Part shown: in pieces, positions 1 to 49,337 of the stretch
Position numbering within the stretch: the stretch's first letter is position 1
Layout of the letters: each line of letters starts with the position of its first letter
Origin: the human T2T-CHM13v2.0 reference genome, Homo sapiens
DNA: 64,000 bases
Direction: 5' to 3' (one strand)
Assembly: GCF_009914755.1 (NCBI RefSeq)
Contig: NC_060943.1
Program-made: the position numbers and the translations under genes
Notes under the pieces: generated by a model
Told to the model about the DNA's origin: nothing
What the model saw: only the letters and a program-made list of their open reading frames with translations
Databases searched by the model: none

Positions 1-617
<617 letters not shown>

Positions 618-654
618 CTTTGGCAGCTTGGTGCTGTCAAAATGGATGGAGCCT

Positions 655-4790
<4,136 letters not shown>

Positions 4791-5032
4791 GGTCACCTCT
4801 TGATAAGTTGCCTCCTGCCCTGGGGGATACTGTCCAAGGAGCCTCAGCCTTCTGAGGTACGAGGGGAAATTCAGGAAGCTAACGTGGACACCAGACATTG
4901 TCGAAGTCGATCCTGAGCGCGAGGCACCAGCCTGAGCCCAGTCTGCAGATGGGAAAACTGAGGCTCCAGGCGGCGAACACCCTGCCCTGTGGTCACCCAG
5001 CACAGGTCCGGAGACTCCGATTGTCACTTCTG

Positions 5033-5038
5033 TTTATT
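5033..5038 (-). terminator. ABHD8: ABHD8 poly(A) signal AATAAA
   Basis: tttatt on + strand about 510 nt past the stop codon. Confidence 0.8.
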
Positions 5039-5545
5039 GAGTTACAAGTTGAGATGTGCAGGTTCGGTGGCGCCAGCCCCCCCATCCCCCCCCCTTGGGC
5101 AAAAATAGCTCCCAGCGCCGAGGAATGGGGGGTAGGAAGGGTCTCGGATAACGGGATGGGGCCTCGAGGGTCCCTGTGGGGCTCGTGGGTCCCAGGATCA
5201 AGCACGGCTGACACGGAAGACAGCGGGGTGGGGGGCCTGCCTTGGCCGTGGCGTTGGGGGGAAGGTGAGGGAGAGCTTCTGTACAAGGTCATCTTCCGTG
5301 AGGGTCCCGGCTGCGGCCCCAAAACGCCGATGGGCCCCGCGGGACGGAAGCGGAGAGCGGAATGTCCGCTGGGCTCCCTCGGATGCCACGCCCCGCCCAG
5401 GCAGCCTGGGGGCGTCTCCCTGACCTGGCCCCGCCCACCGGAGCGAACGGCCCGCCCAGGTGGTCTGCGCTGCAGACCTGGCGCAGGCTCGGGCCTCCTC
5501 CTGCTGCGGCTGTGCTCACCAAGCGATGCCCCGCCGGCCCAGCGG

Positions 5546-14506
<8,961 letters not shown>

Positions 14507-14662
14507 GGTGTGTCCTGTGAGTGAGGACAGCAGCCAGTTCAGGTGCTGTCTCAATGAGAACCCTGCACCGTGCAGCAGGCACTCCCTGAGCCTTGGGAGA
14601 ACTGTTTTAGACTCCAGTTTGGGGAGCGCCAGATCAAGTGAGCCACGGCACTGAGATTTTTT

Positions 14663-14667
<5 letters not shown>

Positions 14668-14698
<31 letters not shown>
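14668..14698. repeat. (TG)n microsatellite in an Alu tail, ABHD8 intron 1
   Basis: Direct reading. Confidence 0.95.
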
Positions 14699-14702
<4 letters not shown>

Positions 14703-14846
14703 TGAGACAGTCTCGCTTTGTCATCCAGGCTGGAGGGCAGTGGCCGGATTTCGGCTTACTGCAACCTCCCCCTCCTGGGTTCAAGCGATTCTCTTGCCTC
14801 AGCCTCCTGAGTAGCTGGGATTATAGGCAGGTGCCACCATGTCTAG

Positions 14847-14993
<147 letters not shown>

Positions 14994-15208
14994 TGAGCAG
15001 TGCCTTTGTGGTAGTTACCCTCCTGGGTCACCCTAGTCTATCCTCAGAGAGAAAGACTTGGCTATGGCTTACCCCACAGGGTGTCCACAGGGAAGGTGGT
15101 GGCGTCTTGTGTGGGGATGTTCCTGGAGAAGGGGACATTGTGGCAAATGTGGACCAGCCGGAAGACACCCCCTCCCCCCAGCTGGAGTTTATACCATTTA
15201 TGGCCTCC

Positions 15209-15320
15209 TAACTCATTCATTCAGGTATACACTAACTCATCCATTCAGGTATACACTAACTCATTCATTCAGGTATACACTAACTCACTAACTCATCCAG
15301 GTATGCACTCACTAACTCAC
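15209..15320. repeat. 24-bp minisatellite (taactcattcattcaggtatacac), 3 near-perfect copies plus a degenerate copy
   Basis: Units start at 15209, 15233 and 15257. Confidence 0.9.
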
Positions 15321-15799
15321 ATATCCCCAGGGCCTCCTAAGGCATCTAAAATATGCAAATCTTTGGTGAGCCCCCAGTGAGGCTCCTGGCTCTGAATTTG
15401 ACTCCTGAAAGGTGAGGCCCTAGGAGAGGGGGATGGGGACTGAGCCACAGAAAGCCTTGCTCAGCTCCCCTAGACCGGGGTGAGCCGGGGTCTGTTTCAT
15501 AGAGGGCCAAGCTGAGGCCCAGACACTCTGAGAGGAAGCTAGACTCTGAACTTCCTCCTTGGCACCCTGGATTCTGGGGATCTGCTATACAAGTCCCCAG
15601 AGGTGGCGAAGAGGATGGGAGAGGCAGGGCCCTGGCTGGGGGCCTCCAAGCCTCCATCCCACTCCTTGGGCCACCCCCGCCCCCGTGTCCATGGCAACCA
15701 CAGGCGGTTACATAACCTAAGGGGGGGATACCCGAGCAGTGCACCCCCATTGTCGAGGTGTCTAGGGCCTGGAGATGGGACCAGCTGCCTGCCTGCCCC

Positions 15800-16570
15800 C
15801 TACCCCAGGTTGGGCGCCGCTAAGGTAACGCACGCCCGAGACTGAGCCGCAGTGGCCCCAGACATACTGGAGGGGAAGCAGGCCATGCCCCCCACCTCGA
15901 GTGGGGCCCTAATCCCGGATTGTGGAGGGCAACGCACAGGCGCCACCCCAGCCCCGCTTCCCCGCCCCCGGCCCCCGCCTTCCAGGTGTTCGTCATCCCT
16001 GCAGCGGGGTCGAGCCCACTGGGGCTCCGTGGCTTCCTACGAGCCCAAACGCGGGGTTGGTGGACACCACTCCTCCGAAGTGGAGGCCCCGGGGCTTCGA
16101 TCTCTCCTTTTGGGGCCCGTTCCCCGCTCACCTCATCGAGGGCCGCGGGGCCCGGGTCGGGGCGGAGGGGTCCCAGGCGGAGAAGCCAGCGTCCGCCTGC
16201 TGGCGCCGTTTACATGGTGGCGCGGGGTCAGGCCGGGTGCGTCTACGCGGGCGGGCACCTGCCCCTGGCGGTCAGCGCAGGGGCATCCCGCGGCCGCCGA
16301 AACAGCCGGCCCTTTAAGTTCCTCCCCCGAGTAGGCGGAGCCACGTGCCGACGGGCGGGCACTTCGGCCTATCGCAGCTGCGGACTGACCTGGCCTAGTT
16401 AGGAGCCCAATGAGAGGCGGCAATTCCGTAGTGGAGGCGGGCTCTGGGAGCAACGGCCCCGCCCCTTTTGGGGGTTCACCGAGGTTGGGGGAGGGATGGG
16501 GCCTGGCTCAAGGCGGAGAAGGGGGTTGCAGTCTAGGGTCTGCGGGACGCCTGGGAGTGTGCGGCCGGGG
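15800..16570 (-). promoter_or_regulatory. ABHD8: ABHD8 CpG-island promoter
   Basis: High CpG; E-box cacgtg 16342-16347, CCAAT 16407-16411, GC boxes. Confidence 0.8.
16132..16300 (-). other. ABHD8: ABHD8 non-coding exon 1 (5' boundary approximate)
   Basis: Strong donor GAG|GTGAGC at 16132/16131 inside a CpG island; exon 2 acceptor CACAG| at 14514 lies only 8 nt before the ATG. Confidence 0.8.
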
Positions 16571-18399
16571 CCCTCTCTCTGCAAATGGGTCTCCCAAGCC
16601 CTTGCCCCCCAGCCCCTGCCTCCCAATTGCCCTGTTCCTCTCCAAACGAGGCCCCCATACTCTTCTCTCTGTATTGACCTTTCCATTCTAGAAGCAGAGA
16701 CTCCAAGATCTTTTTCCAATCTCCGGTGGGGAAACTGAGGCTCATAAAGGGCACAAGAGCATAAATCAAGCAAGGAGCAAAGCTGGGACTTGAACCCAAG
16801 GCTGTGTGATTCCAAACCCTGGGAACCATTATTTGCTAACCTCCCCCCTACGCCCCCCCCTTTTCTTTTGGTAGGGACGAGGTCTCGCTATCTTGCCCAG
16901 ACTGGTCTCGAACTCTGGGCATCAAGCAATCCTCTCGTCTACGGCCTCCCAAAGGGCTGAGATCACTGGCGTGAGCCATCGTGACGGGCTTCTCTAAAGC
17001 TTTCAAGGAAAGTCTTGGAGCTGTGGGTAATTAGAGAGTTTGAATTTCATAATCAGCCGATTTAACCCATGGCTGCCATGGTTCTGAGAAGGGCTGATAG
17101 CAAGAGGCAGGCATCCCAGCTCTGTGGTACCGGCGGGGCCATGGTAGGCCCTCAGGAGAGCTCAGGTCTCAAATCCAGCCTCTGCCCTTTGCTGATGTGT
17201 GACCTCGGGCAAGTTACTTCACTTTCCTGAGCCTCCGTTTATTTCTCTATGAAATTAATCCTCTCATAAGTTTGCTACGCAGGTAAAGCACTCATCATAG
17301 TGTCGTGCATATAACAAATGCTCCATATATTATGGGCATTATTATAGTGGTGATGTTTTGCTAAACGATGCTACAGGTAGGATGGGCTTCGGAGGACGAG
17401 GGGTTAAATGCTCCTTGCTGCTTGGCCACTCACATCCCCTGGAATTTGCTGCCAGAGCTGGATTCCGTCCAGACACCTACTCTTGCCCACTAAGGGCACT
17501 TCTGGGAGACTATACAGTTTATTCATTTAGCAAACACCTCTCTGCATGAACCCCAAGCTGGCACTTGTAGGGATACAGCCCCAGGCCCCTGGCCCTTGAG
17601 GAGCCCTTGAACTTGGGGGAGAGTCAAGGGAAAGCAGTCGGGCCAGAAGAATGGACAGCGGTTGAGAGAAGACGACTCCTTTTTTTTTTGAGAAAGGATC
17701 TCACTCCGTTGCCCAGGCTGCAGTGCATTGGCGCTATCATTGCTCACTACAGCCTGGATCTCCTGGGTTCAGGGAATCCTCCCACCTCACCTTCAAGTAC
17801 TTGAGACTATAGGTGGTTGCTACCATGTCCCCAGGCTGGTCTCAAACTCCTGGCCCCAAGGGATCCTCCCTCCTCAGCCTCCCAAAATGCTGGAATTACA
17901 GGCATGAGCCACACCTCACTCAGCCCTTGGAGAGGAAAGGATTTTTAAAGGGCGGATAGGGGAACACCAGGCAGAGAGGAGAGTGTGGCTGAAATGTAAG
18001 ATGGTGTGTGTAGAGGGTTTTGCATGCCTGATGGAAGGGCTGAGCAGGTTTTACCTGGGGAAATGGGGAGCCAAGGATAGTGTGTGAGTAGGGGAGGGGT
18101 TCAGATCTGAGTATCAGAAAATTTTTCTTCCTTTTTTTTTTTTTTTTTTTTGGTTCTAACAACAGAGGAGAATTCTTCTAGGGCCCAAAATGGGGGCAAG
18201 ATTGCCAAAGACAAGCTTGCAATCCCTGAGTTTACAGATTGAGAAAGCCCAGAGTGGCGCAGGGACCACCCCAAGGACACGCAGCGAGCTTGAACTCAGG
18301 CCTCCTCGGCTTCCTGCCAAGAGGCGGAGACTTGGCTGCAGCCAGGACAAGCTGCCAGCCAGCTGTGTGCCATCTGCCCAGCTCCCGCTGGGGGCGGGA

Positions 18400-18782
18400 A
18401 GACCAACCAGCCGCTTCCTGCAGCTGCCACCAGCTGCGCCCGGCCACCGCGGGGCACCCTCTGCCGGTCAATAGGAGAGAGAACTACAGCTCAGCTGCCA
18501 GCTGACCGCGGGAGATAATGCCTTGTGCGCACGCGCTTGCTCAGAAGGCGCCGTTCGCCGGCTACCTGTTGGTGTGTATGCAGAGCATCCCTGTGCCCCG
18601 CGGATATAGACTGGCGCGCCTCTGTTGCGCAGGCGCAGAACTACAACTTCAGGGTTTTCCCCAACGGCCTCTTTTTTGCACGTTAGGAGAAACTACATTT
18701 CCCATAATCCTTTGTTCCAGGGCTGGAGCGGCTCTGGGCTCCGGAATCGCCCGCAGCCGGTACTGCGGGACCCACTGCGGAT
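18400..18782 (+). promoter_or_regulatory. MRPL34: MRPL34 CpG promoter with NRF1 and ZNF143/ACTACA motifs
   Basis: tgcgcaggcgca 18626-18637 (NRF1 consensus); actacatttcccataatcc 18692-18710 (ZNF143-type); further actaca cores at ~18483 and ~18640. Confidence 0.8.
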
Positions 18783-19269
<487 letters not shown>

Positions 19270-19708
19270 GGATCGCGACGCAGTCGGCGGGACCCTCATG
19301 GAAGCATCGCCCTCGCCTCGGACCTTGCCTGGCGCTATTTTTGCAGGGAGCTGGGGAGCAGGAACGCCTCGGACCTGAGTGCTCTCCATATTGTGGGGTT
19401 GAAGTCTGGATGGGAGCTTGCCAAGTCCCTTTTTAGGCTTTTTAATTAGGAAGCATTTCGAACCTGCGCAACAGACCAAAGAACAGTACAAAGAACATCC
19501 GTGTACCCAGTACCCTGACTACCGACTACCTACAACCCGTCCCTGCCCCATCCTGAGTTCTTTTGAAGCTGATCTCAGGCATCGGATTATTTCTTCTGTA
19601 AATATTTCAGAATGTATCTCTCCAAGATGAGAGCTCATTAAAAGACAATTACAAAGCTTATCACATCCAAAAGAATTATCAATAATTTTGAAATATTATT
19701 AAACGTGT

Positions 19709-19714
19709 AATAAA
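19709..19714 (+). terminator. MRPL34: MRPL34 poly(A) signal AATAAA (ATTAAA also at 19698 and 19638)
   Basis: Hexamers followed by U/GU-rich sequence. Confidence 0.75.
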
Positions 19715-19749
19715 TGTTCAAAGTTCCACTTGCCTTATATGTGTCATAA

Positions 19750-22137
<2,388 letters not shown>

Positions 22138-22149
22138 TAAAAACACACA

Positions 22150-22544
22150 GACACACAAAAGCTCTAGAGAGCCTCGCGGAGCTGTAAACTACAGCTCCCA
22201 AGAGACTTCGCGGCCGAGGCCTCCGCCCACTTCCGGATCTCACTTTCATTGCTTCCAAGTACCGGGAGGTGCTTTGCTTCTTCAACCGAACTTGACCACA
22301 ATGGGAGGAGGCGTGGCAACCAATGGGCGCATGAGTTAGCTGGATGCGGCCAATGGAAGCGTGCAAAGCGCTCCTATGTGGGGGCGGGGCTAGACTGCAC
22401 ACCAATGACAGGGAGGTGGTGGCGCCATCAGTGTGGGCTGTGCCGTGGCTGGAAGTTACTGTGAGGCGGCGGCTAAGAAGGCGGCTCTGGTGGCGGCGGT
22501 GGAGGCTGAGGCGGCGGCCGAGGCGGCGACGGAGGAAACAGAAG
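22150..22544 (+). promoter_or_regulatory. DDA1: DDA1 CpG promoter and 5'UTR
   Basis: actacagctccca 22188-22200 (ZNF143-type), acttccgg 22229-22236 (ETS/GABP), CCAAT boxes at ~22320, ~22350 and ~22402, GC box at ~22381. Confidence 0.85.
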
Positions 22545-32496
<9,952 letters not shown>

Positions 32497-33111
32497 GACT
32501 CTCAACTCCACAGGCGCCTCCTGCCAGGTCTGCTCCTCGGTCGCCCACCCGCCTGCCCGCCATGTGTAAGCACCCCGCCCGCCCGCCTCCCTGCCGGCCC
32601 ATCCACACCCTGCGTCCACACCACTTCCAACCTCATAGGAGCCGATGTATTTATTTTCCTTGAGTTTTTATTTATGCTGTAACCTGTATCAAGCGTTGGT
32701 TAAAGGGGACATCAGACCCAGTAGTGTGATGTTGGTAGATGCTTTTTAAAAAAAACAACATTGTCCCCCCGACCCCCGCCTTCCATCGGGCCAGTTCCCC
32801 GATTCCTGCCCCCAGTTCTCCAGAGAACCAGAGTGTGTCTGTGAGAGTCTCTAGCGGGGGCTTTACTGTGGCCGGGCGACAGGGGCGGGCCCGGGGTGGC
32901 CTGACCTACCAGGACAGCCGAGTGGCCTTCTCCCCCCCAACACCGGTCCAGGCCATTGAGACTCGGTCTTGTCCCACGCTTCGCCCGGAACTTTCCCATG
33001 CCCAGGCCTCACTCAGCGTGCACGCACGTTGGGGAGAAGTCGGCCCTTGGGATCTTTCTCTTGAGTCATTTTATTTTTATCATGGACTAGTGCGTGCTCC
33101 GTGTCCACCCC

Positions 33112-33117
33112 AATAAA
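33112..33117 (+). terminator. DDA1: DDA1 proximal poly(A) signal AATAAA
   Basis: caataaaa followed by a U-rich tract, ~615 nt after the stop. Confidence 0.75.
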
Positions 33118-33991
33118 AGGGTCTTTCCTACTTGACCTCGCGTCTTTGCTCCACACACCTTGGCTGCAGAGGACGGAGCCCCTGGGAGTCATCCCTGTTG
33201 TCACCAAGAGGAGTGAGAAGGGCCCCCCACGCCAGGGGCCCCAGGACCGGCTGGATTCTCTCGTGGGCTTGCTGAGGCCACCATGTTCAAGGCCAAGACC
33301 TGCCTGGACCATCCCCTCTGCCTCTCCTGTCAAGGTGACCCCAAGGACAGGTCATTCCTGAGAGACGGTCCATGGTGCCAAGGATGGAGCGGGGTCAGCC
33401 CCCTGCCTGGGATACCGCCAAGCAGGGCAGCGCACCTGTCAGACACCGCAGAGATGGCCGGCCTCATCCGGGGGCCTGGGGTCTCTGGCCTCTGCTGCTC
33501 CCCTGAGGCATGGTGACAGTACAGACGGCATCTGGCCGGTCTTGCTGTCCTAGGTGGTGGCCTCACCCTTGCTGGGTCATAGAGGAGCTGTACAGAAGGT
33601 TGGCACCTGGCAGTTGGCATGTGCCATGGCCGCTCATGGGGACCCCTCTTCCGCCAGCTGGGCTGGGTTTGGGGCTGAGCTTGGGTATGTAGGGGTGTTC
33701 GGGCTCTGGGCAGAAGGTTTGTGGCCCTGACCACTGAGCCTGGGGCTGGGGGAACACCGCTTCTCCCCTTATTGCCCCCACTGGTGGTGGTGGGGATCTC
33801 AGTTTTCTTTTGTTTTGTTTTGTTTGTTTGTTTGAGTTGGGGTCTTGTACTCTTTCCCAGGCTGGAGTGCAGTGGCGTAATCACAGCTCACTGCAGCCTC
33901 GACCTCAAGCCTTCCTCCCACCTCAGCCTTCCAAGCCGCTGGGACCACAGGCACCCACCACCATGCCTGGCTAATTTTTTTTTTTTTTTGA

Positions 33992-34099
<108 letters not shown>

Positions 34100-36080
34100 T
34101 AGCTGGGATTACACGCGTGCGCCCCTACACCCAGCTAATTTTTCTATTTTTAGTGGAGACGGCGTTTTGTCATGTTGGCCAGGCTGGTCTCGAACTCCTG
34201 ACCTCAGGTGCTTCGCCTGCCTCGGCCTCCCAAAGTGCTGTGACCGCACCTGGCTGCCTGGCTAATATTTTAAAAATTTTTTGTAGAGACAGGGTTTCAC
34301 CATGTTGCCCAGGCTGGTCTCAAACTCCTGGGCTCAAGTCATCCACCTTCCTCAGCCTCCCAAAGTGCTGGGGTTACAGACGTGAACCACCGTGCCTGGC
34401 AGAGGTCTCTGTTTTGAGAGCTGAGTCTGAGGGCGTTGGGATGGTGTAGGGTTGGGCCACAGAGCTAGCAGACACTCCGGGCTATGGAGGGTCCGCCTGC
34501 CCCAGATTCCACTGTGGAGGGCCCTGCCTGTGTCAGACCCTCGGGCCTAGGCGGCCCATCTCTCCCAAGGACGGAGAGTGCCAGGGTGGGCTCCCGTCCT
34601 ACACAAGGAGTGGCTGACCAGGCCCAGGCACAGCACAGCCACCCTGCTGTACCTCCCAGCTCCCGGCAGTGTCTACACCACAGTGATGGTGCTACAGGGG
34701 CCATGTGGTCACAGGACAGGTGGTCAGGAAATGCACACTTGACTGCGGTCGATGGTGCCGGGTCCGGCTGAATGCCCTGGAGGCTCCCAGGCCAGCTGGG
34801 GAGTCCCAGTCCCCAGGGTTGGTGTGACCTGGGCAGGCCTGCGGTGTCCATCTGTGAATGACTGAGATGGTGGGACTTCAGCTTCCAAGGCCAGGGGCCA
34901 GAGTGGGAGCAGGGGGCACTCCCGCCTTTCCCCTCGGCCTGTCTAGACCTCTCTGGCTCCCAGTTTCTGCTTTGAGTGGCTGGGGGCTGTCTCCTGCCTG
35001 TGCTGTCTGCCCGTCGCTCTGCAGGGCTGCTGGGCGGGCACCTCCTTCCCCTCCCCTACCTCAGCTCCCTCCTTTGGGGTCTGAGGGCTGTGCCCCAGCT
35101 TGCCTCCCTGTGGCCTCCCCCTAGAACCCCTGGGTCTGTCGGGACATGCCCCACCTGGCACACACACCCTGTGTAGCTCCCACTGCCTGTGGGAGGACGC
35201 TGGGCCCCTGAGCCGGCCTCTGTCTACCCCTCCTGCCTTTGGGGTCCCCTTTACCCCACTGTTCCCCCAAACTGCCTTCCACCTTCTCCGCCTTTGCACA
35301 GGCTGTTCTCCTGCCTCCAGTGAACTCTGACTTCTCCACAGCCTCCCAAAGGGCCCCTTGCTCACACTGGCCCAGCCCTGCAGCATGGCCATGTTGGTCT
35401 CTGAGCCTTAAGCCTTTGGATGTGGACACATTTGTCCTCTTCCTGAAAAATGTGAGGGTCTGAGAGGCCACGTTCCTGTTCCTGAGTCATACGACAGAGT
35501 CCCAGTGACTTGGGTCTGATGTCTGTCCCACAGTGGGACATCCCTGCTGCATCCCAATGCCACCCCGTGTCCTGGGGACACCCAAATGTGCCATTCTCTC
35601 AGTATCACAAGTCGGGGACTGCAGGAGGCTCAGGTGCCAGGTGCCTTCTGATGTTCATGCCACAAGCTCTTCCCACTGTCTCTGGCTCCCCAGACGATGT
35701 TCCAGGAGGCGGGTGTGCCAGAAGGGGCCACGTCTTGCAAACCACCGCGCTGTCCTCTTTGAGAAGGAGTCTTACTCAGGACTGGGGCCTGTGCACACAT
35801 TGTCGCCTCTTTTCAGCACTTAGAGATTCCTTCCTTTGTCTAGTGGCTGAAGCCAGGGCTGAAGTTGGCCTCCAAATCTGGGCCGTCTCAGAGGCGGCGC
35901 AGCCTGGAGTTTTCCATCTGTGGCCAAGACCCAGTTTTTGGGAGGAGGCCCTCATGGGTCAAGCCAGCCTGTACCAGGATGGGGGGAGGGGGTTCCCAAC
36001 CTAGGCCCCAGCCACCCAGACTCCCCCACCCCCACTCCCTTTTCCACTGCTCTGACCTCGGGCACTGTTGAAATATAGTT

Positions 36081-36086
36081 TTTATT
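36081..36086 (-). terminator. ANO8: ANO8 poly(A) signal AATAAA
   Basis: tttatt on + strand, ~270 nt past the stop. Confidence 0.8.
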
Positions 36087-36117
36087 GCATTTCTGCCGTT
36101 TTACAAAAATATGACAA

Positions 36118-36138
36118 AATAAATTAAAAACAAATAAA
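36118..36138 (+). terminator. DDA1: Probable DDA1 distal poly(A) signals (AATAAA 36118, ATTAAA 36123, AATAAA 36133)
   Basis: Hexamer cluster followed by (TG)n at 36152-36184. Confidence 0.65.
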
Positions 36139-36148
36139 TAATCGCCTG

Positions 36149-36190
<42 letters not shown>

Positions 36191-36356
36191 TTGGATTTGT
36201 GGGTTTCCTTTCGTTTGGAAAGGAAAACGGCAGATGGGGGGCACCGACCAATACTGGGGGCCCTCGGGGGCTGAAGCGCATTTTGCATTTTGGAGACCGG
36301 CCGCCCCTGTGAATGACTGATATTGCATATGAGAAGAGAAGGCAGGGCGGGTAGAG

Positions 36357-47505
<11,149 letters not shown>

Positions 47506-47838
47506 GGCGAGGACAGGTCAGGTCAGGGGCTACGGACGGCCCGGGCGACGGGGAGCCGCGGGCTCATGGGGCCGGTGCAGCCGCGGAGCGCGCGGGAGGA
47601 GGAGACAAAGGCCGCGCCCGCCCGCGCCGGCCTCGGTCCTCGCTCGCCCGAGCGCTGCTTCTCGTCCCCGCCCGAGCCGAACCTCGATTCTCCTTCCCGG
47701 CCCGATGCACGTCACTCTAGGGTTCTCAGCTGAGTTCGCCCGCCTAGTTCTTTGGTTCGCGTCTCCGCCCGTGTTGTTTTCTGGGTTTCCTTCTCGCCCG
47801 CCTACCTCGCTCCCTGCTGCTGGTCCCCGCCCGCACTG

Positions 47839-47957
47839 ATGGTGCATTCTCCAACTTGTCCCCACCCATGCTTTCTTCTGGTCCCCGCCTCGGAGCCTCA
47901 GTTTCCCCATCTGCAAACTCCGGACCCTGGAGACGCTGTTTGGAATGTGAGATGGGC
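47839..47957 (+). CDS. GTPBP3: Alternative upstream first coding exon of GTPBP3 (gives a 514-aa isoform)
   Basis: MVHSPTCPHPCFLLVPASEPQFPHLQTPDPGDAVWNVRWA; strong GGC|GTAAGT donor in phase 2, matching the exon 2 acceptor at 50845. Confidence 0.7.
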
Positions 47958-48176
47958 GTAAGTTGACTAAGGGAGGACGTGGGAGGGGCGGGCCGGTTGG
48001 GGAAGATTCCTGGTGACAATAACTTCAACCACCCCAGTAGGGCTGTGATACATAATTACAGCAAGCCCTGCTTAGGAACTTTGCACGCACCATTTGGCTG
48101 CCTAGAACACTCCTCATGCACTCTTCGTCCGGTTAACACCGACTCCCTTCAGGATGTAACCTCGGAGAGGATCCCA

Positions 48177-48542
48177 TAGAGTTGTCAAGTTTAGCAAATA
48201 AAAATACAGTCCGTCTAGTTAAATGTAAATTTCAGATAAAAGAATAAATGTTAGCTGGGCGGGGCGCACCTGTAATCCCAGCTACTTGGGAGGCTGAGGC
48301 AGGAGAATCGCTTGTGCTCAGGAGGTCAAGGCTGCAGTGAGCTGAGATCACACCCACTGCACTGCATCCTGGGCGACAGAACGAGACCCTGTCTCAAATA
48401 CATATATATACATACATACATAAATGTTTCTATGTCCTATGTCTACATGGGACATACTAGTACTAAAAAATTATTCATTGTTTATTTGAAATTCACATTT
48501 AGCTGGGCGACCTGGGTTTTACCTGGCATTTGGCCAACCCCT
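48177..48542. mobile_element. MER53 palindromic hAT MITE interrupted by an Alu monomer (~48251-48400)
   Basis: tttagcaaataaaaatacag...gttaaa..aatttcagataaa and its inverted counterpart ...tttatttgaaattcacatttagctgggcg. Confidence 0.75.
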
Positions 48543-48648
48543 GACTATTCTGAGTAGCTCAGTCTGTTAGACTGAAAGCCCAGCGAGGGTAGGAACGAGG
48601 GGCCAGGTCTGGTTCTCAATGCGAGCACACAGTAGGCGCTTGCTGTAC

Positions 48649-48717
48649 GCTTGTTACAGATGTAACAACTAGCTTGTTACAGATGTAATAACTAGCTTGT
48701 TACAGATGTAACAACTA
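48649..48717. repeat. 3 x 23-bp tandem repeat gcttgttacagatgtaacaacta with a palindromic core
   Basis: Units at 48649, 48672 and 48695; one mismatch in unit 2. Confidence 0.95.
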
Positions 48718-48908
48718 GAGAATGGCAGATGAAATATAAATATGTCATCATTTGTTCCTATTTTACAACTTAAAATATTAAAGCCTCGGCCGGGCGCAGT
48801 GGCTCACGCCTGTAATCCCAGCATTTTGGGAGGCCAAGGCGGGTAGATCACCTGAGGCAAGGAGTTCGAGACCAGCCTGACCAACATGGCCAAACCCTGT
48901 CTCTATTA

Positions 48909-49337
<429 letters not shown>

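Noticed and set aside
48177-48542. MER53 hairpin as a miR-1302-type precursor
   Set aside because: The palindrome is broken by an Alu insertion and diverged
48649-48717. CRISPR-like palindromic direct repeats
   Set aside because: Units are contiguous with no spacers, there are no cas genes, and the context is human
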